NCBI GenBank assembly: GCA_963665235.2
Contig: CAXXLX010000001.1
Span: 960,001-1,024,000, forward strand
DNA: 64,000 nucleotides
Source: Candidatus Poribacteria bacterium
GTDB lineage: Bacteria > Poribacteria > WGA-4E > WGA-3G
Direction of reading: 5' to 3'
Each line of letters opens with the position of its first letter. Position 1 is the stretch's first letter. The position numbers were made by a program, and so were the translations under genes. The notes beneath the pieces are model-generated. The model did no database searches, was not told where the DNA came from, and saw nothing but the letters and a program-made list of their open reading frames with translations. This document shows positions 40,376-50,223 of this stretch, piece by piece.

Positions 40376-41979
40376 TTATCTCAGTTCGCGAAGTCGTTCT
40401 GGGAAAAAACCGTTGGGCCATTCATCGATAAAATCTCCCTCTTCGTCAATGTGTAAACGTTGGGATTCTGCTCCATCAGGACCACGGCTGACGTAGATAA
40501 CCGAAATATCTTCAGGCTTAATCTTTTGTTCATAGACTAAGCGCTGCAGCCGCAAGATTAGATGCTCACTGTGGGTTTCAATAATGAATTGATTTTGGCG
40601 AGGCTCCTTAATAGCTTCCGCTAAGAGGTCCCCGAGGTCTGCTTGTAATTTCGGATGCACGTGAACTTCCGGCTGCTCAATGGAGATAATCTGTTTCTCA
40701 GCAACCAAACTCTGAACAACGAAAGGAAGAAGTTGGCTAATACCGAAACCGACATCTGGGAGTGCAACATTTACGCGGTCTTCTCGACGTGTATCTATGA
40801 GTCTGACCTCAAAAAGATCACCTGAATCACTTCTCCTACCGGTTTCACTGCTAACTCATATCCCATGTCAAGACGTTGAAGCCATTCGTTTGTATCCTTA
40901 ACCAATTCAGGGCGACGAAAGAGCAGATCTGGGAGCAGGTCCCCCCGGTATCCGACATCTTGAGGACTGGTCCCTCTAAAAATGTACCATCTTTCCGGCG
41001 GACTCCGAAAAGGTCCCATTGGAAAAAGATAATCCAAAGTTCGTTCCAACGCCTCGCCTGCTGCTATAACCAATTGAGCGACATCGAAGTTTCTATATCA
41101 TCAGATTGACGATGTAATAAGAAGCGTGATTCTATTATCCAACGATTCCTTCTCTATACATAATTTAATGGAAGGAAACCCAGCAACCCAAGACCTGTGT
41201 TCATCTCCTCCTTGTGCCTCTTGGAGATATAAGCTTTCAAATCAAAATTTGAAGAGAAAAATTTAATATCATCTGCTAAGGAGCTGAGCTCTTCGCGAGG
41301 TTTGTTCTTGCCTTCCTCGTCAGCATTATGTTGTAGTAAATCCGTCAAATCTTTCCTTGAGCGTGTCAAGTATCGACTCCCTATTCTCTTGACACCAATC
41401 AAATTCCGGTTTCCAATACGCTGCTGCCTCTGTTAACCAAACGCACTCCATTGTAGTTAATTTTGAAGGTGGAAGACCGGGCAGATGTCGGAAAAATCCT
41501 CTGCCTATCACAAATTCCGGATCTTCCCCGATTGAGCCCGATGGCCGAAATTTGGCGATACGCTTAGCGGATTTTCCATCGTAAATGCTAATTTCATCTA
41601 AAAGGACCTCTTCCTTAAGTGAGGGACGCTCGAAACGAAATTCAATGCCTATTTTGTTTTTCCTATACGATGATGCTAGAATTGCCTTTTCTCTATCATT
41701 CATCGTAGTTTCAACACGAATAGAGAGTGTTCGTTCTAGGTCATGGTCGAAAATCATCTCCTGAAAGCTTCCGAGATCGACAATACCGTTTTCAGCGCGA
41801 GGGAGTAGCACAGCACCAGCCTCCCGGCTTTCTACCGTCTGCTTAAGTAGATTGAGTGCCTGCAAGATACTACTTTTTCCAGCACTATTCTCACCGAAAA
41901 TTAGGGTTATCGGTGCAAAGGGGATTTTGGCACGTTTTCCGAACGCCTTGAAATTCTCTAATTCTAGTGCATGAATCAT
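40376..41979 (-). pseudogene. AAA_15/AAA_21 ABC-type ATPase with DUF3696-like tail, in 4 fragments
   Basis: LENFKAF, GENSAGKSS, DVGFGISQLLP, IEQPEVHVHP, IETHSEH, WPNGFF; frame breaks near 41350, 41150-41070 and 40830. Confidence 0.85.
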
Positions 41980-42104
41980 CAGATTTCTCCTACCGGAACG
42001 GGGGGTATATGTCGGGTTTTTCTCGTTTTCGATGCAAAATGATTTTGTCTACATAGGTGTAATTATAGCATATCCCAAAAACTTTTTCAAATTAAATTCA
42101 TTTG

Positions 42105-42530
42105 TTTTCGCGTGCAAAGCACGCTCCTACAGAGGAGGGGTATCGCGTGCGAAGCACGCTCCTACAGAAGAAAACCCGCGAAATCCGTGTAATCCGCGAT
42201 AATCCTCGATTTGCGGTGGACTCGTCCAAATGCGACGTGCATGCAGACAACACACACAACATCACTTAAGCACAAAACTTTCCGTGTCCTCTGTGTCCTC
42301 TGTGTAATCCGCGATTCAGACAAAAAAGACACAATACCCTTAATCACAAAACCTTGATGCGGACACCTCTTAAAATCCGCGTCATCCGTGTAATCCGCGA
42401 TAATCCGCGATTCAGACAAAAAAGATGTAACATCAGGACAAAAACTTTACGCATCCATTTGTTTTCGCGTGCGAAGCACGCTCCTACAGAAGAAAGGAGG
42501 GTATCGCGTGCGCAGCACGCTCCTACAGCT
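42105..42530 (-). repeat. Four GTAGGAGCGTGC(TT/TG)(C/T)GCACGCGA REP units, as two tandem pairs flanking three nonamer-periodic repeats
   Basis: TCGCGTGCnnAGCACGCTCCTAC at about 42108, 42143, 42465 and 42503. Confidence 0.85.
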
Positions 42531-42532
42531 CG

Positions 42533-43399
42533 TCAGTAAGAAAGGCGGACTGAAAAGAGGGAGGTCTGCGCAGCATAACCGCCACTCACAAAGGCGTAAT
42601 CCAACGCGATGTTGCTGTACTGATAGCCAAATCCTGCGGTGAGGCCGCGGGATAAACCCTGCGTCCATCGCCACCCCACTCGCGCTGTGAATGTGCCGTT
42701 GCTGGCATCATGTTGATACTCACAACCGATAAGCGGGTTGCCGTTGGCTATCTCAACAGCTGCTAAGAGAGCATCCCATTTCTTTATCGCACAACCGATA
42801 CGCCACTCCGCTATGAGCGATTCGTTATACCGTTCTGCCGCCTCGCGGCGATAGTAGAGCTGCGAAACAAGGTTGGGAAGCATAATCCCTATTGCAACCG
42901 TCTCTTCCAACAACGCGTAGTGAATGCCGAGGTCTAATCCCCAGCCAACGCCTCGTCCCAGCGGCATGCGTTCAAGGTAGGTGGCAGTAGAGAAATATTT
43001 GGCGTTGACTCCTACCCGTAGGCGGTTGACGATAGGCACCGCAGCGGATAGCATGACGGTCCGCTCTTGGGATATGCCTTCGGTATCGCTTGAGCTCAGG
43101 ATTGCAGCACCGACGGTTTGCCCGGGTCGTATCGGGTGCGCCCAACCGACAAAGCTATAGCCGAGCAATCCGTAGAGTTCCAGATAACTTACACTAATTT
43201 CGGGAGTGGGCAGTTGTGCTAAGCCTGCTGGATTCCATACTATCGCGCTTGTGTCGTGTGCAACAGCTGAATATGCGCCGCCCATGCCCATCGGTCGCGC
43301 CATAATGCCGATATTTTCAAATGCCGACTCGGCCTGTGGGCTCAAGAGAAGAAGGAAAGTGCATAGTAGGTAATGCCAAATTAAATGTAAAGGGTTCAT
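42533..43399 (-). CDS. PorV/PorQ-like outer-membrane beta-barrel protein
   Basis: Signal peptide, 'ARPMGMGGAYSAVAHDTSAIVWNPAGLA', C-terminal 'LDYAF...FSVRLSY'. Confidence 0.75.
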   Translation of the reverse strand: MNPLHLIWHYLLCTFLLLLSPQAESAFENIGIMARPMGMGGAYSAVAHDTSAIVWNPAGLAQLPTPEISVSYLELYGLLGYSFVGWAHPIRPGQTVGAAILSSSDTEGISQERTVMLSAAVPIVNRLRVGVNAKYFSTATYLERMPLGRGVGWGLDLGIHYALLEETVAIGIMLPNLVSQLYYRREAAERYNESLIAEWRIGCAIKKWDALLAAVEIANGNPLIGCEYQHDASNGTFTARVGWRWTQGLSRGLTAGFGYQYSNIALDYAFVSGGYAAQTSLFSVRLSY

Positions 43400-43437
43400 A
43401 TTGCTGATGGCATTCGGAACATGCCTACTCCCTTTAA

Positions 43438-44715
43438 TTATTTTTTGACAGCACCAAATGTAACGCCTCGCAAGAGGTGGCTTCGCATTAAGAAGGTGAA
43501 AATGGCGACAGGGAGTAGGAACACAAAGGTGGCAGCAGCGATTTTTCCCCAGTCCATGCCTGCTGACCCTGTGGCACTCGTAATAGAGGGAGGGGCGGTC
43601 ACAGCAGTGCCACCGGGATTTGTGAGTACAAGCGCAAATGCAAACTCGTTCCAGGCAGTAATTAGACAAAATACCGCGGTTGCTGCAATACCGGTTACCG
43701 ATTGCGGGAGGACAACCTTCAGAAAGGTCTGAAATCGGGTGTATCCATCAACGAGGGCGGCATCCTCATATTCACGTGGGATTTCGTCAATGAACCCCTT
43801 CATGAGCCAGACCGCAAACGAAACGTTGAATGTAGTGTAGAGGAGTATCAAACCGAAATGGGTGTCCTGCAACTTAAGCACGGTATACATAAGATAGATA
43901 GGAATTACTACGACAATAGGGGGCAGCATCCGTGTGCTGAGGATAAAAAAGAGGAGGTCATCCTTGCCAGCGATATTGAACCGGGAAAAAGCATACGCGG
44001 AGAGTGTGCCTAACCCGACTGCGAGGACTGTACTCCCCCCGCCAATGATAATGCTGTTGAGCAACTGATAGAAATACTTTGAGCCGCCATTTGCTAAGGC
44101 GATACAGCCTCCGATTGTCGCAAAGATAACAGGAATCACAAAAGCAAGTCGCCCCCTTTTGTTAACGACTAAATTCCCCCCGGAACTGTCGTACGTTGCC
44201 GGGATGTTTTTCTTCCACGGAACGAATAGGAGATAGGCGATGATGTTGCACGCTATCAACGTTAAAAAGTGGAAACGGACATCAATATGTGCCCGCCCGG
44301 GGAGAGGCTGCGTGCTGAAAAACCCGTAGAGGCACGTTCCGATGAAAAGGATGTTCCAGAGTATACCGATGCTTCGAACCGAAACGCCGCGGTACCATGC
44401 AGGTTTGCCAAGTGAAAAAAAGGCAAAGAGTAGCAGTCCCACGAGCATTTGCGCGATAAAGAGATACGTCACGTTAGGTATATTCTCTGTTGGCAGCAAT
44501 TTTTGATAGTTTTCCAACGATATGTTAAAGAAAAACTTCGGAACTTTGGTGTTGATGTCCGGTGATGCCTTCAGGGAGGTTACCGCAATCCAGTAAATCG
44601 GCAGAATGTAGACAATAAGCGCGAGAACAATAAGTGCCATGAGGAGAAGGAATACAACCTGCTTGGTTATGTTGCGGCGGAATCCGAACCGTTCGTTTTT
44701 TGAATAACGTGCCAT
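43438..44715 (-). CDS. Carbohydrate ABC transporter permease (MalG-like) with extra TM insertion
   Basis: EAA motif 'IPREYEDAALVDG'; AWNEF. Confidence 0.9.
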   Translation of the reverse strand: MARYSKNERFGFRRNITKQVVFLLLMALIVLALIVYILPIYWIAVTSLKASPDINTKVPKFFFNISLENYQKLLPTENIPNVTYLFIAQMLVGLLLFAFFSLGKPAWYRGVSVRSIGILWNILFIGTCLYGFFSTQPLPGRAHIDVRFHFLTLIACNIIAYLLFVPWKKNIPATYDSSGGNLVVNKRGRLAFVIPVIFATIGGCIALANGGSKYFYQLLNSIIIGGGSTVLAVGLGTLSAYAFSRFNIAGKDDLLFFILSTRMLPPIVVVIPIYLMYTVLKLQDTHFGLILLYTTFNVSFAVWLMKGFIDEIPREYEDAALVDGYTRFQTFLKVVLPQSVTGIAATAVFCLITAWNEFAFALVLTNPGGTAVTAPPSITSATGSAGMDWGKIAAATFVFLLPVAIFTFLMRSHLLRGVTFGAVKK

Positions 44716-44719
44716 AAGA

Positions 44720-45625
44720 TTATGTCTCCCCCTTCACACGATTTAAATATTTCACATAGATGTTGCTGAGCGCGACAATAATAATCAGTAGAATGTATGC
44801 CATAGCACACGCTTTCCCCGTGTTGTAGTTGCGAAATGCTAGTTTGTAGAGGTTCATAGAAACGGTTTCGGTGACACGGCCGGGGCCGCCTTCGCGCGTG
44901 AGGACATAGACGATGTCAAACATCTTGAAAGCGTCCATTGTCCGAAACAGAAGCGCGATGAGCAGAAGTGGTGACACTAACGGCAGGGTAATCCATCGGA
45001 ATTTGAACCATGCAGAGGCGCGGTCAACATCGGCAGCTTCATAGAGATATTTGGGGACCGCGCTCAACCCTGCCAGCGCAATCAACATCATAAATGGCGA
45101 CCACATCCACGTATCAACAATGACCACTGATAACATTGCCACCTTGGGATTGGTGGTCCAGCCGATAGGTGATTTGAGGAAAGGTTTGAGGAAAAAGTTA
45201 AGCACCCCCGCGTTATCGGAAGCGAGAATGAACCGCCAAAAGAGGCCAACGACGACAGGCGATAACATCATCGGCAACAGGAGCAGCGTTGTTACGATGC
45301 CTTTCGCACGAAACTGACGATTTAATAAGAGGGCAAGCCCGAACCCGATAAAGAATTGAGCGGTTACGGCTAAAACAACGAAATAGGCGGTTGTTCGGAA
45401 ATACCCCCACATATCGGGGTCGGTTAGAAGACGGGTGTAGTTGCGTCCACCGATAAACTTTGGCGCGATGCCGGGTGCCGAGGCTTTATAGCGGTGGAAA
45501 CTCAAGTAGAGCGACCATAGGAGCGGAAAGATGTTCATCAGGATGAGCAAAATCATCGTCGGCATGATGAATGCCATCTTAAGTTGGTAATCACTCATTC
45601 CACGCGAGAAACGGTTGGTTTGCAT
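44720..45625 (-). CDS. Carbohydrate ABC transporter permease (MalF-like)
   Basis: 'LYEAADVDRASAW..FRWITLP', 'GGPGRVTET'. Confidence 0.92.
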   Translation of the reverse strand: MQTNRFSRGMSDYQLKMAFIMPTMILLILMNIFPLLWSLYLSFHRYKASAPGIAPKFIGGRNYTRLLTDPDMWGYFRTTAYFVVLAVTAQFFIGFGLALLLNRQFRAKGIVTTLLLLPMMLSPVVVGLFWRFILASDNAGVLNFFLKPFLKSPIGWTTNPKVAMLSVVIVDTWMWSPFMMLIALAGLSAVPKYLYEAADVDRASAWFKFRWITLPLVSPLLLIALLFRTMDAFKMFDIVYVLTREGGPGRVTETVSMNLYKLAFRNYNTGKACAMAYILLIIIVALSNIYVKYLNRVKGET

Positions 45626-45683
45626 ACTTTTTAGTCTGGTCCGTAATAATGTGCGGGGACGCGAGGCACATATCGATACGCCG

Positions 45684-45714
45684 CTGTAGGCAAGGTTTGA
45701 AACCTCGCCTACAG
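45684..45714. repeat. Palindromic GTAG REP-like hairpin between the binding protein and permease genes
   Basis: CTGTAGGCAAGGTTTGAAACCTCGCCTACAG. Confidence 0.65.
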
Positions 45715-45742
45715 TAATAGTTGACAGAACACTATAACGTCC

Positions 45743-47062
45743 TTAGTCGTCGTAGTAGCCAGCGTCCTCAAAGATTTCCTCGTGTTTGCGTGCGATTGCA
45801 TTGAGGGCCGCTTTTGCGGATTTGAGTTTGGAGATAGCTTCACTCCAGTTCGTCTGACAGACCTCTAACAGTTCGGCGTATTCCGGGACAGCCCAGAAGT
45901 CTCGTAGGTACGGAAAGCTTTCAGCGAACGCTTTGTTAAAGGGGGTCGCTGTCGAGAACGCATCGGATTGCAAGACCTCTTTATGTGGGGTGAATCCTCC
46001 CAATTGTGCCCATTTTTCCTGGACCGGTTTCTGCATAAACCATTTGAGGTATTGCTTGGCGATGTCCTGATTTTTAGAGTACGCAGAAATAGACATGCCC
46101 TGTCCTCCGATGCTGACATAATGTCCTTTAGGCCCAGCAGGTGCAACAAAGAAACCGCTTGTGTCATGAGAGGTAGGATTCTTTTCTGGGTCAACAACGC
46201 CGGGGAAAAAGGCGAAATAGTTCATTGCCATGGCGACCTTGCCAGAAAGGTAGGCATCCAAGGTTTCCGACCAATAGTAATTGGGCGCACCGGGGGGGGC
46301 AAATTGAAGCAGGTCTGTGTAGAACTCAAGTGCTTTGACAGCGTCTTGGTTATTGATATGCCCATCAACCTTATAGGTATTGGCATCGCCGTAAGAGGCA
46401 CCGAAACTCCACAGGACCTGTTGGAATCCCATCGTAATGCCGTCATATTCTTTGCTGTACCAGGTTGCAATGCCGTAGAGCTCTTTGTCGGGTCGTGTAA
46501 AGAATTCAGAAATATCACGGAGTTGACTATATGTTTTTGGGGGGGCAAGCGCGTAGCCGTATTTTTCTTGGAACGCTTTCATCTCCTTCGGGTCTTCAAA
46601 AAGGTCTTTGCGATAGACGTACCCGGCGGCATCTACTTGAGCGGGCAGTGCCCAGTACTCTTCGCTCCCTTTCGGGTATTCCGCAAAGGCGGTCATCGCG
46701 GGCCCGTAGATAGAATCAACGTCTATATTCGCTTTAATCCACTTGGTTAAGTCAATATAGTGTCCGCCGACAGAGTTTCGACCGAGCCATTGACTATCCC
46801 CAATTACGATGTCATAAATATCCTGCTTCCCGACGAAGGCTGTGAAGACCTGATCTTGAAAACTGGGCCATGGTACCTGCACGACATCAACGGTTATGCC
46901 CGTTTCAGCAGTAAAATCCTTAGAGAGTTCCTGTAAATAGTTAGCGGGATCCCATTCTGCCCACACGATTGTTAGCGATTTTTGTGCGTCAGCAGGTAAG
47001 GGTACCCCTATCATCGCTACCATCAACACAAGAACAGTCCCTATACATAATAATTGTTTCAT
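45743..47062 (-). CDS. Sugar ABC transporter substrate-binding protein
   Basis: AAGGAG RBS, signal peptide, 'YRKDLFED', 'APPKTY.QL.DI.EFFT', 'GKVAM'. Confidence 0.9.
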   Translation of the reverse strand: MKQLLCIGTVLVLMVAMIGVPLPADAQKSLTIVWAEWDPANYLQELSKDFTAETGITVDVVQVPWPSFQDQVFTAFVGKQDIYDIVIGDSQWLGRNSVGGHYIDLTKWIKANIDVDSIYGPAMTAFAEYPKGSEEYWALPAQVDAAGYVYRKDLFEDPKEMKAFQEKYGYALAPPKTYSQLRDISEFFTRPDKELYGIATWYSKEYDGITMGFQQVLWSFGASYGDANTYKVDGHINNQDAVKALEFYTDLLQFAPPGAPNYYWSETLDAYLSGKVAMAMNYFAFFPGVVDPEKNPTSHDTSGFFVAPAGPKGHYVSIGGQGMSISAYSKNQDIAKQYLKWFMQKPVQEKWAQLGGFTPHKEVLQSDAFSTATPFNKAFAESFPYLRDFWAVPEYAELLEVCQTNWSEAISKLKSAKAALNAIARKHEEIFEDAGYYDD

Positions 47063-47233
47063 TTCTATCACTCCTTTGTTTTTTGCAAGCGGCACTGGAC
47101 GCGTCGCGCCTTTAACGCGCTAAGCGGTCCAGCATCTTCTATTTTCTTTTATGATTATAGCAAATTGCAAGAATTTTAGCAAGGAAAAAATCGATTAAAA
47201 AAGGAGTGCCCCTCTACAAATGACATCAGATTG

Positions 47234-48643
47234 TTAATCGTTGCGATGTTTCAACTGGATATCTCCCCCGGTGCTGCGGAGGGCGAGGAGGGGACCGCCG
47301 CCATTTACGAGTCCTTGCAATTCTCCTTTAACGTCTATAGCTACCGGAAAACTGCTTATGACCTTGCCCCCATTGCTTTTGGCATCAATTTTAACCGCAG
47401 CTTCGGGAATGAGTGAGACCGTGATGTCGCCTCCGGATGTCTCTAAGATTGAATCGTCTTGGAGCTGTCCCGATATGGCCGCCTTGATAGAGCCACCAAC
47501 GGTTTTGGCAGTGATAGGTCCATCGTTTTCTATCTCTATACTGCCGCCTGAGGCCTGAACGTTTGCGCCCCCTCTACAGCCGCTGAGTTGAATGTTCCCG
47601 CCGGATGTTTCCGCAGAAATTTCTCCGATAACATCGGTACACTGGAGATTCCCGCCGGATGCTTCCGCATTAACACTCCCCCCGATATTCACGTTAACGT
47701 CAATGTCGCCACGCAACGTATCTACCTGAACATCCCCTGTACAGGTAGTCAACCTGACGTTACCCCGAGCTGTATGTCCTAATATGGGGCCGGTAATATT
47801 GTCAAACTGTAGTTCACCTTCAGCGGTGCGGCTCTGGACCATTCCATTGACATTGACAACAGAGATATCGCCACCCCCGGTTTGCAGAATTATTTGATGT
47901 AACCGCTTCGGTACTGTGATTTCAAAACGGATGTCCAACCGGTTGGCTACTTTTCTCCAATGCCGTTTCTCATCTTTGAACGCTGCGTGAATAGACAGTT
48001 CTTGGTCCTGCCGGTCGAAGGTTACGTTGAGGTTCCTGAGCATGTTAGCAGCTTGTCTATCCATATTCAATTGCGCTGTGCGTTGGATGCTGACGCTGAC
48101 AACATTAGTTTCTGCTGTTTGCACGTCAATCGTTCCGAGTGCCGTTTTCACGGATACAACTGTCGTTGGACCGACGTTGAACGTTTCGTTGATGTCGTCC
48201 AATGTGGTTTCCATCAGGAATTCCGGGATAGATTTGCGTATTAAATCACCGATTTTGTCCTCCTCGAACGAGTAACTGATGTTTTTTATGACCTGTGTGC
48301 CAAGGAGGTTAGTCATCCATCCTTTGAAATTGGCAGCTGCGCTGAGGTCTTCGCTAAGGTAAGCAGCAAGGTGATGACATGCAACGGTAATCTCACCAAA
48401 AGTGGCATCCGTTTGTAATGGATCGAAGAGCCCATTCGGTACAGCGTTGATGTCGTTTAACCGTGCTAAGACCTTGTTAAATTGCGTGATGCATCGGTTT
48501 TCACTATCTGTGAAGGTTTCTGTCAATATGGCATGTTCTGCGATTTCTACTGTTTGCTCTAACATTTGAAAGAGACGTCGGATTTCTTGGTGTCGTTCCT
48601 GTTCCATGGGATACCTCTCCATTTTTAATTTAAGGGCCTCCAA
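47234..48643 (-). CDS. DUF4097-family beta-strand-repeat protein
   Basis: Repeated 'aeTsGGdI.v' units and C-terminal 'NGGGPLLALRSTGGDI'; lies downstream of the ECF sigma gene. Confidence 0.8.
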   Translation of the reverse strand: MEALKLKMERYPMEQERHQEIRRLFQMLEQTVEIAEHAILTETFTDSENRCITQFNKVLARLNDINAVPNGLFDPLQTDATFGEITVACHHLAAYLSEDLSAAANFKGWMTNLLGTQVIKNISYSFEEDKIGDLIRKSIPEFLMETTLDDINETFNVGPTTVVSVKTALGTIDVQTAETNVVSVSIQRTAQLNMDRQAANMLRNLNVTFDRQDQELSIHAAFKDEKRHWRKVANRLDIRFEITVPKRLHQIILQTGGGDISVVNVNGMVQSRTAEGELQFDNITGPILGHTARGNVRLTTCTGDVQVDTLRGDIDVNVNIGGSVNAEASGGNLQCTDVIGEISAETSGGNIQLSGCRGGANVQASGGSIEIENDGPITAKTVGGSIKAAISGQLQDDSILETSGGDITVSLIPEAAVKIDAKSNGGKVISSFPVAIDVKGELQGLVNGGGPLLALRSTGGDIQLKHRND

Positions 48644-48661
48644 TTTTCTGTTATCAGCATC

Positions 48662-48732
48662 GTAGGGGCGAGGTTGCCTCGCCCTGCTAAAGAAAGGGCC
48701 CTTATAGGCGGGCGGGGTTTCCCCGCCCCTAC
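48662..48732. repeat. Inverted REP doublet (REPIN-like)
   Basis: GTAGGGGCGAGGTTGCCTCGCCC ... GGGCGGGGTTTCCCCGCCCCTAC. Confidence 0.85.
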
Positions 48733-48753
48733 AAGTCCTTTATGCGATACGCT

Positions 48754-49338
48754 CTAGTATTCCTCACCATATCCTTGCCTTTTGAGGAGGGTTTCGAGCA
48801 GTTCTTTTGCTTTGTGGAGCCTCCATTTCACGGTTGTCAAGGGGAGCGATAGAACTTCCGCGATGCGTTTCTGTGGCATTTCCGCCCAATAATAGAGGCT
48901 GATAACCTCCTGAAATTCAGCAGGTAATGTCCCAATTGCGTCTCTGACCGCTTGGTGCGTTGATTCCCGGAGGGAAATCTGTGCGGGGTCAGACGTAGCC
49001 TGTTCAGCTGCGAGATTGAATTCCGCCTCCACATCTTCGTGGAGTTGATACCGCGCTTCCCGTTGTACAGTGCGAAGCGCGTGATTGCGTGTAATTGAAT
49101 AGAGCCACGCGCCGAAGCGGTTGAGGTCTTCGAGCTGAGGCAATGCTTCGAATGCGCGTATCAGCGCGTCTTGGACGATATCTTCAGCGTCCATCGGATT
49201 TCGGACGATCTGTTGTGCCACTGCCAGCATCCCACGCCGATAGCGAAAAACTAATTCGCCAAATGCTTCGTGATTGCCTGCAAGGGTTGCTATTACGAGT
49301 TCCGCATCGTCAGCGTTTTGCAATTCTTCTAATACCAT
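48754..49338 (-). CDS. ECF RNA polymerase sigma factor
   Basis: 'DAEDIVQDALIRAF', 'FGAWLYSITRN', 'IAEVLSLPLTTVKWRLHKAK'. The current ATG lies inside the MITE terminus. Confidence 0.93.
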   Translation of the reverse strand: MVLEELQNADDAELVIATLAGNHEAFGELVFRYRRGMLAVAQQIVRNPMDAEDIVQDALIRAFEALPQLEDLNRFGAWLYSITRNHALRTVQREARYQLHEDVEAEFNLAAEQATSDPAQISLRESTHQAVRDAIGTLPAEFQEVISLYYWAEMPQKRIAEVLSLPLTTVKWRLHKAKELLETLLKRQGYGEEY

Positions 49339-49478
49339 TTTTATTAATTATCCTATCATTACCGGTCGTTAGAAATGAAACGGAGAACGGAAGACACAAA
49401 CTGGAAGTTTATGCTACAAGAACGCACAAACTGGAAGTTTATGCTACAATAAAGAGACATTTCCAATTAGAAATGGTA
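49333..49478 (+). mobile_element. MITE family A (2 units) inserted in codon 3 of the ECF sigma gene
   Basis: 146 bp; TAA at 49330-32 and 49479-81. Confidence 0.93.
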
Positions 49479-49548
49479 TAAGTTCATGAAACGTTCGCTC
49501 CTCCTCTTGCATATTAGAGACGCTGCGACCCGAAAAAGATAGTAAAAA

Positions 49549-49680
49549 TTGGCTTATGGCTGTTGGCAAGAGGAAGAAACAAAGGGGAGAGAAAGAGTTC
49601 TCTTTCTTATATTTCTTGCTAATTGCTAATCGCCAATTGCCAATTGCCAATTGCCAATGAGCTAATCGCCAATCGCCAAT
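49549..49680. repeat. Heptamer (STRR-like) inverted-arm repeat
   Basis: TTGGCTT/ATGGCTG arm and a (GC[CT]AAT[TC])n arm; same layout at 53114-53227 and 62025-62100. Confidence 0.75.
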
Positions 49681-50184
49681 CTAGCTGGGTTTATAGAGCA
49701 TAACGAGACATCCGCCAATTGCGGCGAGCAAAATGCCGAGAAGGAATGGCCATCGCTCCATGCTCCACCCTCCTGCGGGTGGATGCCATAACAATGCCAC
49801 GACAGCATTCACGATAGGAGCCCCCGCAAAAACAATGGACATCACAACCGCGGGTCTCCCGCCTGCCCCAAATGCAAGTAAAACCCCAAACGCGCCAACA
49901 GCACCGACAATCCCTGCTAGGAAAGACCAGGATACGCCACCGCTAGTAAAGGTCCACTCAGCACCGCTTAGGAGGAGCATTAGCGCGGAACCGATGACAG
50001 CTGTTAGCAGATAGGCGAGCCCTACAAATAAAAATGCTTTGTAGCGATTATGTGTCCGCTCCTCTGGAGACATCTCGCCTTTATCAGAAACCCCCATAGA
50101 GGCCTGCCCTTGATGTAGAAAAACACCGTAAAGTCCCCAGGATGCGACGGTCATGACGACAAAAATTATCCACGTTTTAGCCAT
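49681..50184 (-). CDS. Small DMT/EamA-like membrane protein
   Basis: 5 TM helices; 'SWGLYGVFLH', 'VMSIVFAGAPIVNA'. Confidence 0.6.
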   Translation of the reverse strand: MAKTWIIFVVMTVASWGLYGVFLHQGQASMGVSDKGEMSPEERTHNRYKAFLFVGLAYLLTAVIGSALMLLLSGAEWTFTSGGVSWSFLAGIVGAVGAFGVLLAFGAGGRPAVVMSIVFAGAPIVNAVVALLWHPPAGGWSMERWPFLLGILLAAIGGCLVMLYKPS

Positions 50185-50223
50185 AATTTATTCCCCTTTC
50201 TGTGTTTTGCAGCATCTGAAATG

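Noticed and set aside
43400-43669. Cys-rich N-terminal extension of the PorV-like ORF
   Set aside because: It overlaps the permease gene; the signal peptide begins at ATG 43399.
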